64,000 nucleotides of DNA from a virus. Where the stretch lies: the IMG/VR virus record IMGVR_UViG_3300005293_000009, positions 2,416 through 66,415 of that record; one strand, given 5' to 3'. Positions 1 to 10,800 of this stretch are shown piece after piece. A program made the translations under genes and the position numbers. Each line of letters starts with the position of its first letter. The first letter of the stretch is position 1. The notes beneath the pieces were generated by a model. It was not told the origin of the DNA, searched no databases, and worked only from the letters and a program-made list of their open reading frames with translations.

Positions 1-494
1 ACCCTCAGGTGCTCGCTACGCTGTGGCTGCGCGAGTTCATCGAGTACCACGAGTGGTTCAGTTTCCTCCAGAACAACCGCCGTCTCTGTGTGTCCAAGAA
101 CGCCGGTCGAAAGTACCTCGGTTATATGAAGAGCCAGCGATACAACCTCGAAGGTCTGAAGGGCGGCAAGACGAATCGTCCCGAGCTTGTGCACACTCAT
201 GGGTATGATACTAAGTTCGCCATGCACGCAGTTCGCCTGGGATATCAGGGGAATGAACTGATGGAGACAGGCAATATCTCCCTCCCTATGGAGGGGGAAG
301 CCCTCGAAACTTGCCAGGCTATTCGCGCCGGTAAGATGACGAAGGACGAGTGCCTGGAGCTTCTGACTGTTCTGGAGTTTGGATTGGAGACCGCTATTCT
401 CCACTCGGACTTCCCGGAGAGGGGAGACCGTGGCCTCATGAGCCAAATCCTGCACGACATCTACCTGATTGATTGGGACCGTAACTATGCCTAA
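1..494 (+). CDS. Phage nucleotidyltransferase (Pol-beta superfamily), 5'-truncated
   Basis: The C-terminal segment GYDTKFAMHAVRLGYQGNELMETGNISLP is typical of phage minimal nucleotidyltransferases; the frame is open from the window edge. Confidence 0.65.
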   Translation, partial: PQVLATLWLREFIEYHEWFSFLQNNRRLCVSKNAGRKYLGYMKSQRYNLEGLKGGKTNRPELVHTHGYDTKFAMHAVRLGYQGNELMETGNISLPMEGEALETCQAIRAGKMTKDECLELLTVLEFGLETAILHSDFPERGDRGLMSQILHDIYLIDWDRNYA

Positions 495-1026
495 CCTGCC
501 AATGCCTGAGGGGCTGGGGACACCAGACCTCGAATGCGTGATGATTGACATCGCGCCGCTGGACGTGCTCAACATCCTGCACCCGACCGCCGAGAATGAA
601 CTATTCTTCGGCACCACGCCTGAACTGAAGTACGCTCAGGGCGCGGTCGGTGCGACCAAGCCGCACGTCACGCTGCTGTTCGGCATCCACCCGAGCGCGA
701 GCTATCACCGCTGGGTGTGGGCGGTGCTCAAGGATTGGACGCCTGAGCCGATCAAGATCACCGAGGTTGGTGTCTTCCCGGTGCGTGACGAGGACCAGGA
801 GTATCGGGTCGTCATCGGCCACGTCGAGAAGACCCCGAACCTCCTAGAGGCTCGTGCACGTCTAGAGACCCTAGACTACACAGACGGATTCCCCGAATAC
901 AAGCCTCACGTCACCCTTGCATACATCAAGCGTGACGCCGACGAGCACCGTTGGATTCAGCGGCTCGGTGAGGAATACAACGGCAAGGTTTTCCCCGTTA
1001 CCGGAGTAAATCTGGGAGACGACTGA
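487..1026 (+). CDS. 2H phosphoesterase, Acb1/T4 57B-like
   Basis: Two HxT motifs: PHVTLLFG and YKPHVTLAY. Confidence 0.75.
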   Translation: MPNLPMPEGLGTPDLECVMIDIAPLDVLNILHPTAENELFFGTTPELKYAQGAVGATKPHVTLLFGIHPSASYHRWVWAVLKDWTPEPIKITEVGVFPVRDEDQEYRVVIGHVEKTPNLLEARARLETLDYTDGFPEYKPHVTLAYIKRDADEHRWIQRLGEEYNGKVFPVTGVNLGDD

Positions 1027-1063
1027 GCTTGACAGACCGCATCGCTGCTAGTAAGGTAGAAGC

Positions 1064-1672
1064 ATGACAAAGCGATTCTTCACAAGCGACCAGCACATCG
1101 GACATAAGTTCGTTGCTGGCACACGCGGCTTTGCCGACCCCGCTGAGCACGACCGTGTGCTCGCTGAGAAGTGGGATGCGGTCGTAGGTCCAGACGACAC
1201 GGTGTTCGTACTGGGGGACATCTCGATCAACCCGAAGCGCGATGGTGCCTGGGACTGGTTTCGAGTCCGCCCCGGCAAGAAGCACCTGATCGCTGGAAAC
1301 CACGATGAGGTCCACGCGATGCACTCCAAGGCGCTTCAGGCGCAGCAGGACCCTCGCTGGACCGAGACGTTTGCCACGATCAACACTTGGGCGCGTCTGA
1401 AGGTTCAGGGCCGCACGCTGCTGATGAGCCACCACCCGTACGACGGTGAGGGCTCGCGGGATATCGAGGACCGGAATGTCGAGTACCGACTGAAGGACTC
1501 TGGATTCCCGTTGCTGCACGGTCACACGCACGCCAAGCATCGCGTTCACACGTCTGCGCTGGGTTCCCCCCAGTTTCATGTCGGCGTGGACGCCTGGGAC
1601 TTCGAGCTTGTCCCGGAAGCAACCATCGTAGAGTGGCTGGAGTTCCTGCCACCGAGCCCGCAGGGGACGTGA
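1064..1672 (+). CDS. Calcineurin-like metallophosphoesterase
   Basis: SDQHIGH, LGDIS, GNHD and HGHTH motifs; leaderless promoter at 1029-1057. Confidence 0.85.
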   Translation: MTKRFFTSDQHIGHKFVAGTRGFADPAEHDRVLAEKWDAVVGPDDTVFVLGDISINPKRDGAWDWFRVRPGKKHLIAGNHDEVHAMHSKALQAQQDPRWTETFATINTWARLKVQGRTLLMSHHPYDGEGSRDIEDRNVEYRLKDSGFPLLHGHTHAKHRVHTSALGSPQFHVGVDAWDFELVPEATIVEWLEFLPPSPQGT

Positions 1673-2316
1673 CAAGTATGAATCCGCTATACATCTGGGG
1701 TGGTCCCTGGCGTGACATCGACTACGTAATACGTGGTCGTGATGTTGTGGACATTGGGCTGCAAAAAACTCACCTGGAGCCTGACACACTTGAAGTAACA
1801 CTCATAGGGGACTCCGCCGCGCGCATTATCGCGGCTATCGAAGGCTACCTTCCGGATACGGAGCCGACGCCTGAGCCGGTGAATCGTCAGGACGAGGCGC
1901 TAGCTGCGGCCCGCCGTGACGCCCTTGAGGCGAAGCGGCGGGCTCAAGCTGCCGAGGATGCACACACCGCGCTAGAGGATACCCTCGCTGATTATGAAGG
2001 CGAGATTGAGACCCTTCGTGCAGAGGTTGCACGACTTAAAGTTGCAAATGCTATGACGGTTTCCTTCGACCCGGCACCCCCTGGAGGGCCACGTCCGAAC
2101 TCAACTGGATTTGCAACAGGGGGGTATGTCAGCGGGAAGGGCCGTACCCTCTCGGAACAGGTCGAGACGCTAGATCGTTGGGTACGCAGGGAGCGGGTCC
2201 GGAGGCATCCTATGGATGAGCCCTGGCACACCGAGTACCTGAATCAGCCAATTCTGTCGGCTGAGGCCAGAGCACATCTCGAAAAGTACGACCCCTTTAC
2301 ATACGGAGACAACTAA
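1669..2316 (+). CDS. Hypothetical protein with central coiled coil
   Basis: GTGA overlap with the upstream gene; heptad-like A/E/L-rich segment. Confidence 0.6.
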   Translation: MTSMNPLYIWGGPWRDIDYVIRGRDVVDIGLQKTHLEPDTLEVTLIGDSAARIIAAIEGYLPDTEPTPEPVNRQDEALAAARRDALEAKRRAQAAEDAHTALEDTLADYEGEIETLRAEVARLKVANAMTVSFDPAPPGGPRPNSTGFATGGYVSGKGRTLSEQVETLDRWVRRERVRRHPMDEPWHTEYLNQPILSAEARAHLEKYDPFTYGDN

Positions 2317-3209
2317 TGAAGCTAGGCATTCTTGGGGACCTGCACGGCAACATCGCCGCAGGCCGCTTCATGCTGTGGTCGATGGGCCAGATGGGCATCG
2401 ATACCGTCATCCATGTAGGTGACTTCGGTATTTACTCGACTAATGACGGTATGAAGTTCGCCAGCAGGATGAACGAATACGCAAAGTTGCTGGACATCAC
2501 GATCATTGTGGTGCCAGGTAACCACGAGAACTGGCGAATCATCAACGAGCTTACCGGAGACAACCGGACGAAGCTCGCCATGTATCGCTCGAATATCTTC
2601 ATTGCGCCGCGTGGTTATCGTTACACGTTCGATGGTGTTAGCTTCGTGATGCTCGGTGGTGCGCCCTCGGTGGACCGCAACTGGCGGGCTGCGGCTGATC
2701 GTAAGCGCGCCAACAAGGGCGAGTTCCAGGCTAACCAGAATTGGTATTGGGAAGAGCAGATCACTGCCGCTGACGTGGACTATGTGGTGGCTGGCGGCTA
2801 CGCGGACGTGATGATCGGCCACGATGCCCCCCACGGTATCCAGGGGATAGAGAGCCGGATCAAGGGAAACCCTCACGGTTTCCACATTGCTGATATCCTC
2901 TATGCGGAGGATGGGCGGAAGCTGATGACTGAGGCTTTTCAGGGTGTGGCACCGCGATTCTTCTTCCACGGCCACTACCACTTCCCGGTGAACGAGTGGA
3001 TTCAGCGACCTAAAGGTGAGTATGGTCTTGACAAGACTCACGTAATCGGGCTAGACTGTGAGTTCAACAACTATTCTATGGCGATCCTCGACACGGTTGA
3101 GCAGAGCGCCTGGAATGTTGACCACAAAACACTGCTCTTCCAATATCGAAAGGATGGAATCGGAACATGGCCCTCGCACGCCTCTACGAAGACATCGATG
3201 GATGCCTGA
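2316..3209 (+). CDS. Calcineurin-like metallophosphoesterase
   Basis: GDLHGN, VGDFG, PGNHE and HGHYH motifs. Confidence 0.85.
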   Translation: MKLGILGDLHGNIAAGRFMLWSMGQMGIDTVIHVGDFGIYSTNDGMKFASRMNEYAKLLDITIIVVPGNHENWRIINELTGDNRTKLAMYRSNIFIAPRGYRYTFDGVSFVMLGGAPSVDRNWRAAADRKRANKGEFQANQNWYWEEQITAADVDYVVAGGYADVMIGHDAPHGIQGIESRIKGNPHGFHIADILYAEDGRKLMTEAFQGVAPRFFFHGHYHFPVNEWIQRPKGEYGLDKTHVIGLDCEFNNYSMAILDTVEQSAWNVDHKTLLFQYRKDGIGTWPSHASTKTSMDA

Positions 3210-3718
3210 ACGCAAGCTGGAACGCTCGCGTATGGCGTGACAAAGAGAACCCTGAAGACCTGGGCGGATACCAGCGTGGCTGGGCGCACCCCTGTCACGA
3301 CGACTTCGGCGTAGAGCGGGAAGTGTCCATTGCGAAGTACCGCATGGAGTACAACGAGCGTCTTATCCGGGCGATGAACAACCTCTCGGTCGAGTTCGTC
3401 TGGGCGACCACCTGGCGTCAGGACGCTATCGGGGTGGGCATTCTGATGGGGCTACTTCACAGCCCTCAGCGCGTGCTACACCCGCTGGACGGTCAGACGC
3501 GATTCCCCTCAATCAAATGGAAGTTCGATGCGATCCTCCATGAGCAGGACCACGACCCCTCACCGTTCATTGCCGTGGACGATGAGTGGGACTCGGATCG
3601 GGGCTACTACCGAGAGACCCTTGAGAGCATCGGCGGGCTAGTAATCTGCCCGGATTTCAACTTCGGAATCACCCCAGCGCACATCTCGCAGATGGAGCGC
3701 TACCTGGCAAAGTTCTAG
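3167..3718 (+). CDS. HAD-domain protein (HAD_SAK type, RNA-repair associated)
   Basis: DIDGCLN motif I, WATTW, VDDE. Confidence 0.7.
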   Translation: MALARLYEDIDGCLNASWNARVWRDKENPEDLGGYQRGWAHPCHDDFGVEREVSIAKYRMEYNERLIRAMNNLSVEFVWATTWRQDAIGVGILMGLLHSPQRVLHPLDGQTRFPSIKWKFDAILHEQDHDPSPFIAVDDEWDSDRGYYRETLESIGGLVICPDFNFGITPAHISQMERYLAKF

Positions 3719-3780
3719 ATCATCACACATCGACACCCCTGGTAGTATAGAGTGAGCATTGTCTCACTCTTCTACTGGGG

Positions 3781-4419
3781 GTGTCTGTGTTTCCTGAGGG
3801 AATCATCACGCGAGAACTACTGGTCGGGCCAGCCTACGACCTAACCTCCGGTGTACCCTTTGGCATCCGAGTAATGGTCCAGTCGAGTCGCGCACTTGTC
3901 AAGGACGGGATTCCTGTGCTGCCTAAGCTCACGGTTTACGAAGCCCCGCCAGGCGAGCAGATTTCAATCAGCCTTCCAGTTTGTGACCAGCCTGGATACT
4001 CTGACGGTCGGGGCAATCCCATCGACGCGGGGCCTGGCGCATTCTCCCACTACTATCATATCGCTACAAGCTACCTGCACAGCGAGTCGGTAGCGGAGAA
4101 GGACCCGACAGTAAAGGTCGCCATTAGTACCGACGATCTGTCTCCGATTGACATCGATGACCTCATTTATTTCCAGAACGGAAAGCCTGCTGAGATTATT
4201 TATGTGCCGGATATCTGGTCTGCTCAGGTTGAAAATATCCCCATCCTAGTAAATGATACAATGGAGGAGTGGCTGGCAGGTACCGAACTACCGACCACAG
4301 CCGCCGACCTGAACGTTCTAGGGTGGCCTGAGTTTATCATTCTAGAACATGACACAGATTCCACGTCCGTACCTGACGGAGCGTTCATAGTAAGACTGCC
4401 TGAGGATTGGACCCCTTAG
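3781..4419 (+). CDS. Hypothetical, probably virion-associated protein
   Basis: ORF immediately upstream of the tail-like genes. Confidence 0.5.
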   Translation: MSVFPEGIITRELLVGPAYDLTSGVPFGIRVMVQSSRALVKDGIPVLPKLTVYEAPPGEQISISLPVCDQPGYSDGRGNPIDAGPGAFSHYYHIATSYLHSESVAEKDPTVKVAISTDDLSPIDIDDLIYFQNGKPAEIIYVPDIWSAQVENIPILVNDTMEEWLAGTELPTTAADLNVLGWPEFIILEHDTDSTSVPDGAFIVRLPEDWTP

Positions 4420-4442
4420 GCCTACAAATAAGGATAACCATC

Positions 4443-4817
4443 ATGGCAGGACTAACCCAGGCTCTCCAGCAGCAGGTACTTGATAGCACTGTGCTGTTTC
4501 CGACAACCGCCGCTACGGACCACATCGCTTACTCGTCCAACGGCACTTCTGAGGCCGCGATCCTCGCCCGTACCCCTATCGGTGCTACTGGTTGGGCCGC
4601 AGCTACAGCAGCCACCCCCTCGGTGAAGGCAAACAACGCCGTCCTAACCTCGGCAACTGCTTCCGGTTCGGGCACCATCACGCACTTCGCGATCTACTCC
4701 GCATCAACCGCTGGTACGCAGAAGACGGACTGGCAGGCCCTCTCGGCTTCCCGCGCGGTCGTATCTGGTGACACACTTCAGTGGGCTATCGGAGCCCTCC
4801 AGATCACGCTCGACTAA
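4443..4817 (+). CDS. Minor tail/virion protein
   Basis: Ala/Thr-rich; ITHFAIYSASTAG...RAVVSGDTLQWAIGALQITLD resembles small phage tail proteins; RBS AAGGA. Confidence 0.6.
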   Translation: MAGLTQALQQQVLDSTVLFPTTAATDHIAYSSNGTSEAAILARTPIGATGWAAATAATPSVKANNAVLTSATASGSGTITHFAIYSASTAGTQKTDWQALSASRAVVSGDTLQWAIGALQITLD

Positions 4818-4837
4818 TCTTCCTGGAATACAGATAG

Positions 4838-4862
4838 GGGCACCGGGGATTTTCCGGTGCCC
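4838..4862 (+). terminator. Hairpin, putative terminator
   Basis: GGGCACCGG-N7-CCGGTGCCC inverted repeat. Confidence 0.5.
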
Positions 4863-4893
4863 CTGATTAGCAGTACGGGGAGGGGGTAGAGTA

Positions 4894-7800
4894 GTGGCGG
4901 TCACTTTCGTTCGCAGTCACGTCGCGGAGTTCGTCAAGGCGGCGGGCACGACCGATGCCTACGCGCTGACTTCTCTCGTACCCGCAGGCAACCTCCTGGT
5001 CATGACGCTGGTGCATGACAATGCGGCAGTGGTCGCCAACTCGGTCGTGTCCTCGATCAGCAAGCCTGCCGGGGAGACTGCCTCGTGGGTGTTCCTCGGG
5101 CGAGCACAGCACCCGACATCCACCAGCGCTGGTGCGTTCGCCAACGGTGAGATGTGGGCGATCAAAACCACAGTGGACTGGCCGAACGCGACCTCTCTGA
5201 CGGTCACGTACGGTGCCTCGATCACGATGAAGGCGCAGAACATCCTGGAGTTCTCCGGGGCTGAGGCAGTCCTGCGCTCTACGGTCGGCACGGCGTACAC
5301 CGCCGTCGCCGGTGGTGTGGCTATGGCTAGTACCAGCGGCACCACTCCGGTCGTCGGTGACCTCGCTGTCGGCCTGATCTTCGGCTCCAACCTCTCCGCC
5401 GCCCAGTCCGGGGATAACGACACCACGGGCGGCGCGTGGTCTAGCGTATTCGGGCTGGGTTCCACAGGCGGCAATGCGACGACCAACAACTTCGGCATTG
5501 GCCAATACAAGATCATAACTACCACGTCTCATCAGTCGTTTAGTAGCCCAGGTGCATTGACGACGGGCAACGGTTCCATCGTCGCGATCCTGCGAGCCAC
5601 TCCCGACCCGGTGATCAGTCAGGCCGCGTTCCGGTTCTACGAGGACGGCACCGAGTCCGGGTCCATCGCGCTCGCCGCGCAGAACACCGCACCGCTGGTG
5701 AACATCTCCGCTGGTGATGCAGTATTCCAGCTTCGGGTGCGGATGCAGGAGACCGGCAACGGCAATGTTCCGCCGACCGACAACTTCCAGTTGCAGTTCG
5801 AGAAGAACGCCAGCGGGACGTGGACGAACGTCTCACCTGCGCCTGGTCCGGTCATGTCCTACGACAGCCCGCGCCTGACCAACGCGGGCGCAACTACCAG
5901 CCGCCTCACCGGAGGCACGGGCTCCTTCGCCGCTGGTGAGATTTCTGAGGGTGGGGTGGTTGACAGCCTCGGCTGGGCGCAGAGTGGCTACACCGAACTG
6001 CTCTACTCGTTGAAGCTGATCGCCGCCGACCTCGCGCCCGGCGACACGCTCCGGTTTCGGGTGCTCCGAAATGGTCTGACAACCGGAGTAACGTACACTC
6101 AAACCCCGACTCTCACTGCTTTTGCCGGTCCTATGCCGCTCGCGGGGACCGTCGCCATTAGGAGCACGGTCCCTGCCGCCTCTCTTGTCCAAGACTCTGT
6201 AGTCCTTACACCACTGTATCCATCCTGGTCCCAGGAATTCGACATCAAAGAGACGACGGTGACTGTGCCGCCAGGGTACGGCATCCTCGTGGTTGACCTA
6301 GCGCAGTTCGACTCCGGGGCGCAGGTTACCGATCTGGCGGTTAACGCTGATTTTCCAGAGGCCGTACACACCAGCGGAAACTACAATTTCTGGCTATGCG
6401 CTCCAACCCCCGGCTCAGTAAACCTGTGGGCCGAGTATTCGGGGGGTATGCCCTACGACAACGCCGCGATGGTTTGGCTTGTCAGTCTGAATTCTGACGG
6501 AAATCTTCCGGAGATTTACGACATCGACGAACAGTATGATAAGACTGTGGATGTTGCTACGGCATCAAAGGGTGCCGTTATTTTCGTTATCCACTCCAGA
6601 GACGGTTGGGATTTCTACCCAGAGCCCCTACCCTCTCTTGTCGCACTCGTTCCGTCATATATCCAGTCGTCTAACGAGGGATTCGGATTCTTCCACGCTC
6701 TCCCAACCCCAGACAGTGGCTCTATGGCCTTCGGAGTCGATTTCTCTGGCGGCTGGGGTTCGACGGCGATAGGTGTGTCGCTAAAGCCCGCCCCCCTTGC
6801 TGGGGGAGGTACGACACATATCGCGGCTGGTACCATTGCAATATCTAGTACGGCATCCGGAAACGCCACAGTACCAAGCGTCGGAACCACTTACCAGGTA
6901 TCCGGAACAGTATCCGGAGCTACGGCACTAACAGGCACGGCAACGAAGCGTACGCAAGTTACGGGCGCAGTCACTGCGGTGAGTGTGTCATCGGGTTCCG
7001 CCACTAGAGTACCTGTTACGTACCAGGCATCCGGAGTTAAGGTACTTACTTCGACTGTCTCAGGGACCGCCACGGTAGTTGCGGGCGCTCAGACTTATCC
7101 GGCATCCGGAGTTAAGGTACTTACTTCAGCAATTTCTGGCACCGTCTCGAAGAGAACCCAAGTATCGGGGGCGCTCGCTTTCGTTTCGGTGAATTCCGGA
7201 GCCGCGAAACTGACAGCTACGGCTTCCGGAGCGGTGGTGGGTGTGTCCGCTGTTTCCGGAACTCTGTCCAAGACCACTCAGGCCTTCGGTACTTCCTCTG
7301 CGGTATCCTCTGTTTCCGGAAACCCAAACAAGACCACTCAGGCCTCCGGCAGCCTGTCGGTAACTACCGACTCTACGGGTAGCGCTACAGTGGTGTCCAC
7401 TGGCACCACATATCAGGCAACAGGTTCTATTAGCGCCTCTAGCTCTGTGTCGGGCACCGTTACAGCCCTTAAGACTATCCTTGCACCGGGCACAGAAGTC
7501 CGTCGCAACCTGTTCCGCAATCCTTCTCCCTCCAACTCTACTACGCACTTCAGTTCAACGGGGAGCACGCTCTCCCTGGGTGTGAGCCAGTACGGCGGTC
7601 TGGCCGTATCGACGCGCACTACCATCGGCAACTACAGACTCCTGGACATGCTGACCGGCAATACGGTTGTAGCGGGCGAGAGTTACCGCTTTCAGTTCGT
7701 ATTTACGACAACGGAAGCAATGACAGGAATATATATCTATTTCCGTCCAAATGTGACCAGCAATACGAACCAAGTAACCCTGTGGAGCAACGGGTCTATT

Positions 7801-10800
7801 GCGAGCCCCCTCAGCTACCTACAGTTCGGCACTAATTTTACGGTACCTGCTGGTGCCGGGGACCTTACCAACTCCGGTATTGTAATAGTGCAGAGCGGCT
7901 CCACGGTGGGGTCGGAGCTTAGAGTCGGTCAGGTTCTCCTTGAGCGCGGGGTTAGTGTCATGTCCCCGTGGTTTGATGGGGATTTGTGGGACACCCCTCA
8001 ATTCGATTTCCAGTGGGTAGGAACACCAGAGGACTCGGCGTCTGTGGCCCTTGAAGTGGGCTCGAAGATCGCTATCAATTCTTCAGTATACGGGCCTCCA
8101 AAGGATGCTGCACTTAGAGCAGAGTACGGATTCAACGAAGGCAGCGGAGACTTCATTGCCGGTGAGGGACCGGATGCTGTTACTCTCGAAGGCTCTCCCC
8201 CGGCGTGGTACACAGACGGAGTATACGGCACTGCATTTGGTAGCGCCACTGACCCTGACGCTTACTTCTACTCCTCGCTGGATGCGGCTGGGCTGGATGA
8301 GTTCTCCAGCACTATATGGCTAAAGCCTCACACCTCGATATATGGTGGTGGGGAGATTTGGTGGGGGCCTGCCGCACTCTGTTTTACTGTAATAGACGGC
8401 GTGGCTTCACTATCTTACAAGTTGAGACGCCCCACTGGTGTGACAATCGTCGTCGCGTTCGACACCACTATCCCGATGTTCGCCTGGTCACATGTTGCGG
8501 TAAGTGTTATTCGTCCTCAGGGTGCCATTAAGCTATACCTGAATGGTGTTCTAGTCGAAACGAAGGGATTCTCTCCACACTCTGCGGCGGGACTCCTCTA
8601 CGATATTGAGGCGTGGCTTGACACCGTTGCGGTAGATGACTTCAGATTCTTCGAAGGCATTCTTACTGAGTCCGAAGTTTCTGCGTATATGTTGCAGAGC
8701 GTGGGGGAGCCGCCTCCGCCGCTGCCGACATCGGGCGCGATTGCCGTCACATCCGCTACGGACGGGGCTGTCTCCCTACAGCGTGCCGCTGTCGGTGTTG
8801 TCCCTAGCTCATCGTCCGTTTCCGGTACGCCTACAAAGCGCTCTCCGGTGGCGGGTTCGGTTGTAGTGTTGTCTATTGCGAGCGGTGCGCTCACACTCAA
8901 GACTGCCGTCAGCGCCACGCTCCCCATTGTCTCGACGGTGAGCGGCGCACCCATCACGAGCGCTAAGCCGGTAACCGGAACGGTTATTGCAGTCTCCGCA
9001 GCTAACGGTGCCCCGACTACCCGCACGCAGGTCGCTGGAGCGGTGGCGTCGGGGTCGGCGGTCGCTGGAGCGGTGGCGTCGGGGTCGGCGGTCGCTGGAG
9101 CCGCACCTATTGTCTCTGCAATAACAGGCGCAGCCGGTCGCACGACCTACATCGGCGGTGTCATCTCGGCGGTCACCGCCACATCTGGATCAATCACTAA
9201 CCGCACGCAGGTCGTCGGTACGCTGCCTATTGTTTCAACGGTAGCCGGAACAGCTATCCCGCCGACCAGCATCAACGGAACGGTGTCGGTAGTTTCGTCT
9301 TCGGTCGGTATAGTCTTCGCTAGTATGCAGGTAACCGGTGCGGTGGACATCGCCTCGACCGCCAACACCGGATTCGCTTCGCAGAATAGTCTTATCGGCG
9401 GAACGGTCAGCACTGTCGTCGGCAGTTCCGGTGACGCTATTCGACGTGCGCCTACTGCCGGTGCTGTTCAGATCGTATCGACCGTTTCCGGTGTTTCGAC
9501 AAAGCGGACCCCTGTTTCGGGAACTGTCCCTGTAGTCAGTACCACAACAGGAATTTCGAAGCTGACCGGGGTCACGTCAGGTGCGATCACTGTAGTTTCG
9601 GCTGCGGCGGGCACGTCCACCAAGACCACCCAGGCGGCGGGCACGTCTGCCATTGTCTCCGAGGTAGTCGGGTCGGAGTCGCTACGCTCCGCCGTCTCCA
9701 GTCAAGTAAATGTCGTCTCGACCCAGACGGGCTCGGTTGCTACAGGGTCGTCTCAGAACGGCATCGTGCGAATCTACTCTGCGGTGTCCGGTGCTGTTAC
9801 CGCCACGCTCCCGATAGCGGGGTCGGTCGTAATCACGAGTGACGTTTCCGGTGAGCCGGTCAAGCTCACGTCTGCGGGCGGCGCGGTAGGGGCATCCAGC
9901 GCGGTAAGCGGTGCCTTGACAAAGGTTGGCCCGCTAACGTCTACCGTGGGGCTAGTCTCTAATACTTCTGGGTCGATACGCAGCCTACTGCCCACCGCAG
10001 GCACAGGTACGATCATCTCGACGGGTTCTGGGGCTCCCACTAAGTACACACAGGGGAGCGGGGTCGTCACCGCCACATCTACAGTGACCGGATTTGTCGT
10101 CTCCGGTAACTCCGTTGTCGCTCCTTCCATGCCCATCGTCTCTAGCGTAAGCGGGGCAGTGACCGCCAGGGGTACAACCGCTGGGGTTGTGCCTGTCCAG
10201 GTCGCCGTAACAGGAGCACCGGCGAAGCGCACACCGGTTAGCGGCGCTGCCAGCCTTACCTCGTCTGTATCCGGCGCTCCGACCAAGCAGACGCAGATTA
10301 CCGGCACCCCCATTCAAACCATCAGCGGTGTGGGTGGGTCTGTGCTCGGCACACTGGTGGCGGGCGGCATCGTCACCATTACCTCGACAGTTATCGGAGA
10401 CACAAACCCGCCGAAGCCTGTGAGTGGTGCCGTATCTGTCGTGTCTACTGTGACCGGCAGTGCGCTGCGTCAAGTTCCGACCTTCGGTACGGTGTCAGTC
10501 GTCAGCACCGCCCAGGGTGTCCCGGCTGGTACCCTCTCCGCCACTTCGGGACCCGTTGTGGTGGGCTCGGGAGTCGCCGGAACTGTGGCCCTCCGGAGAG
10601 TCGCCGGGGGCACCGTTGCTGCTGTCTCGGGTGTTCTCGGGACGGTTGGGAAGGTGTCTTCGGTATCCGGAACCACGGAAATTACAGCCGCCACATTCGG
10701 TGCAGCTACGCGACTGGTACAGCTTGCGGGTATAGTCACGATCCTCTCCAGCGTGGTAGGCATCTCGTCCTCCCTGGAGACGCTCCACGTCAAGATCGCG

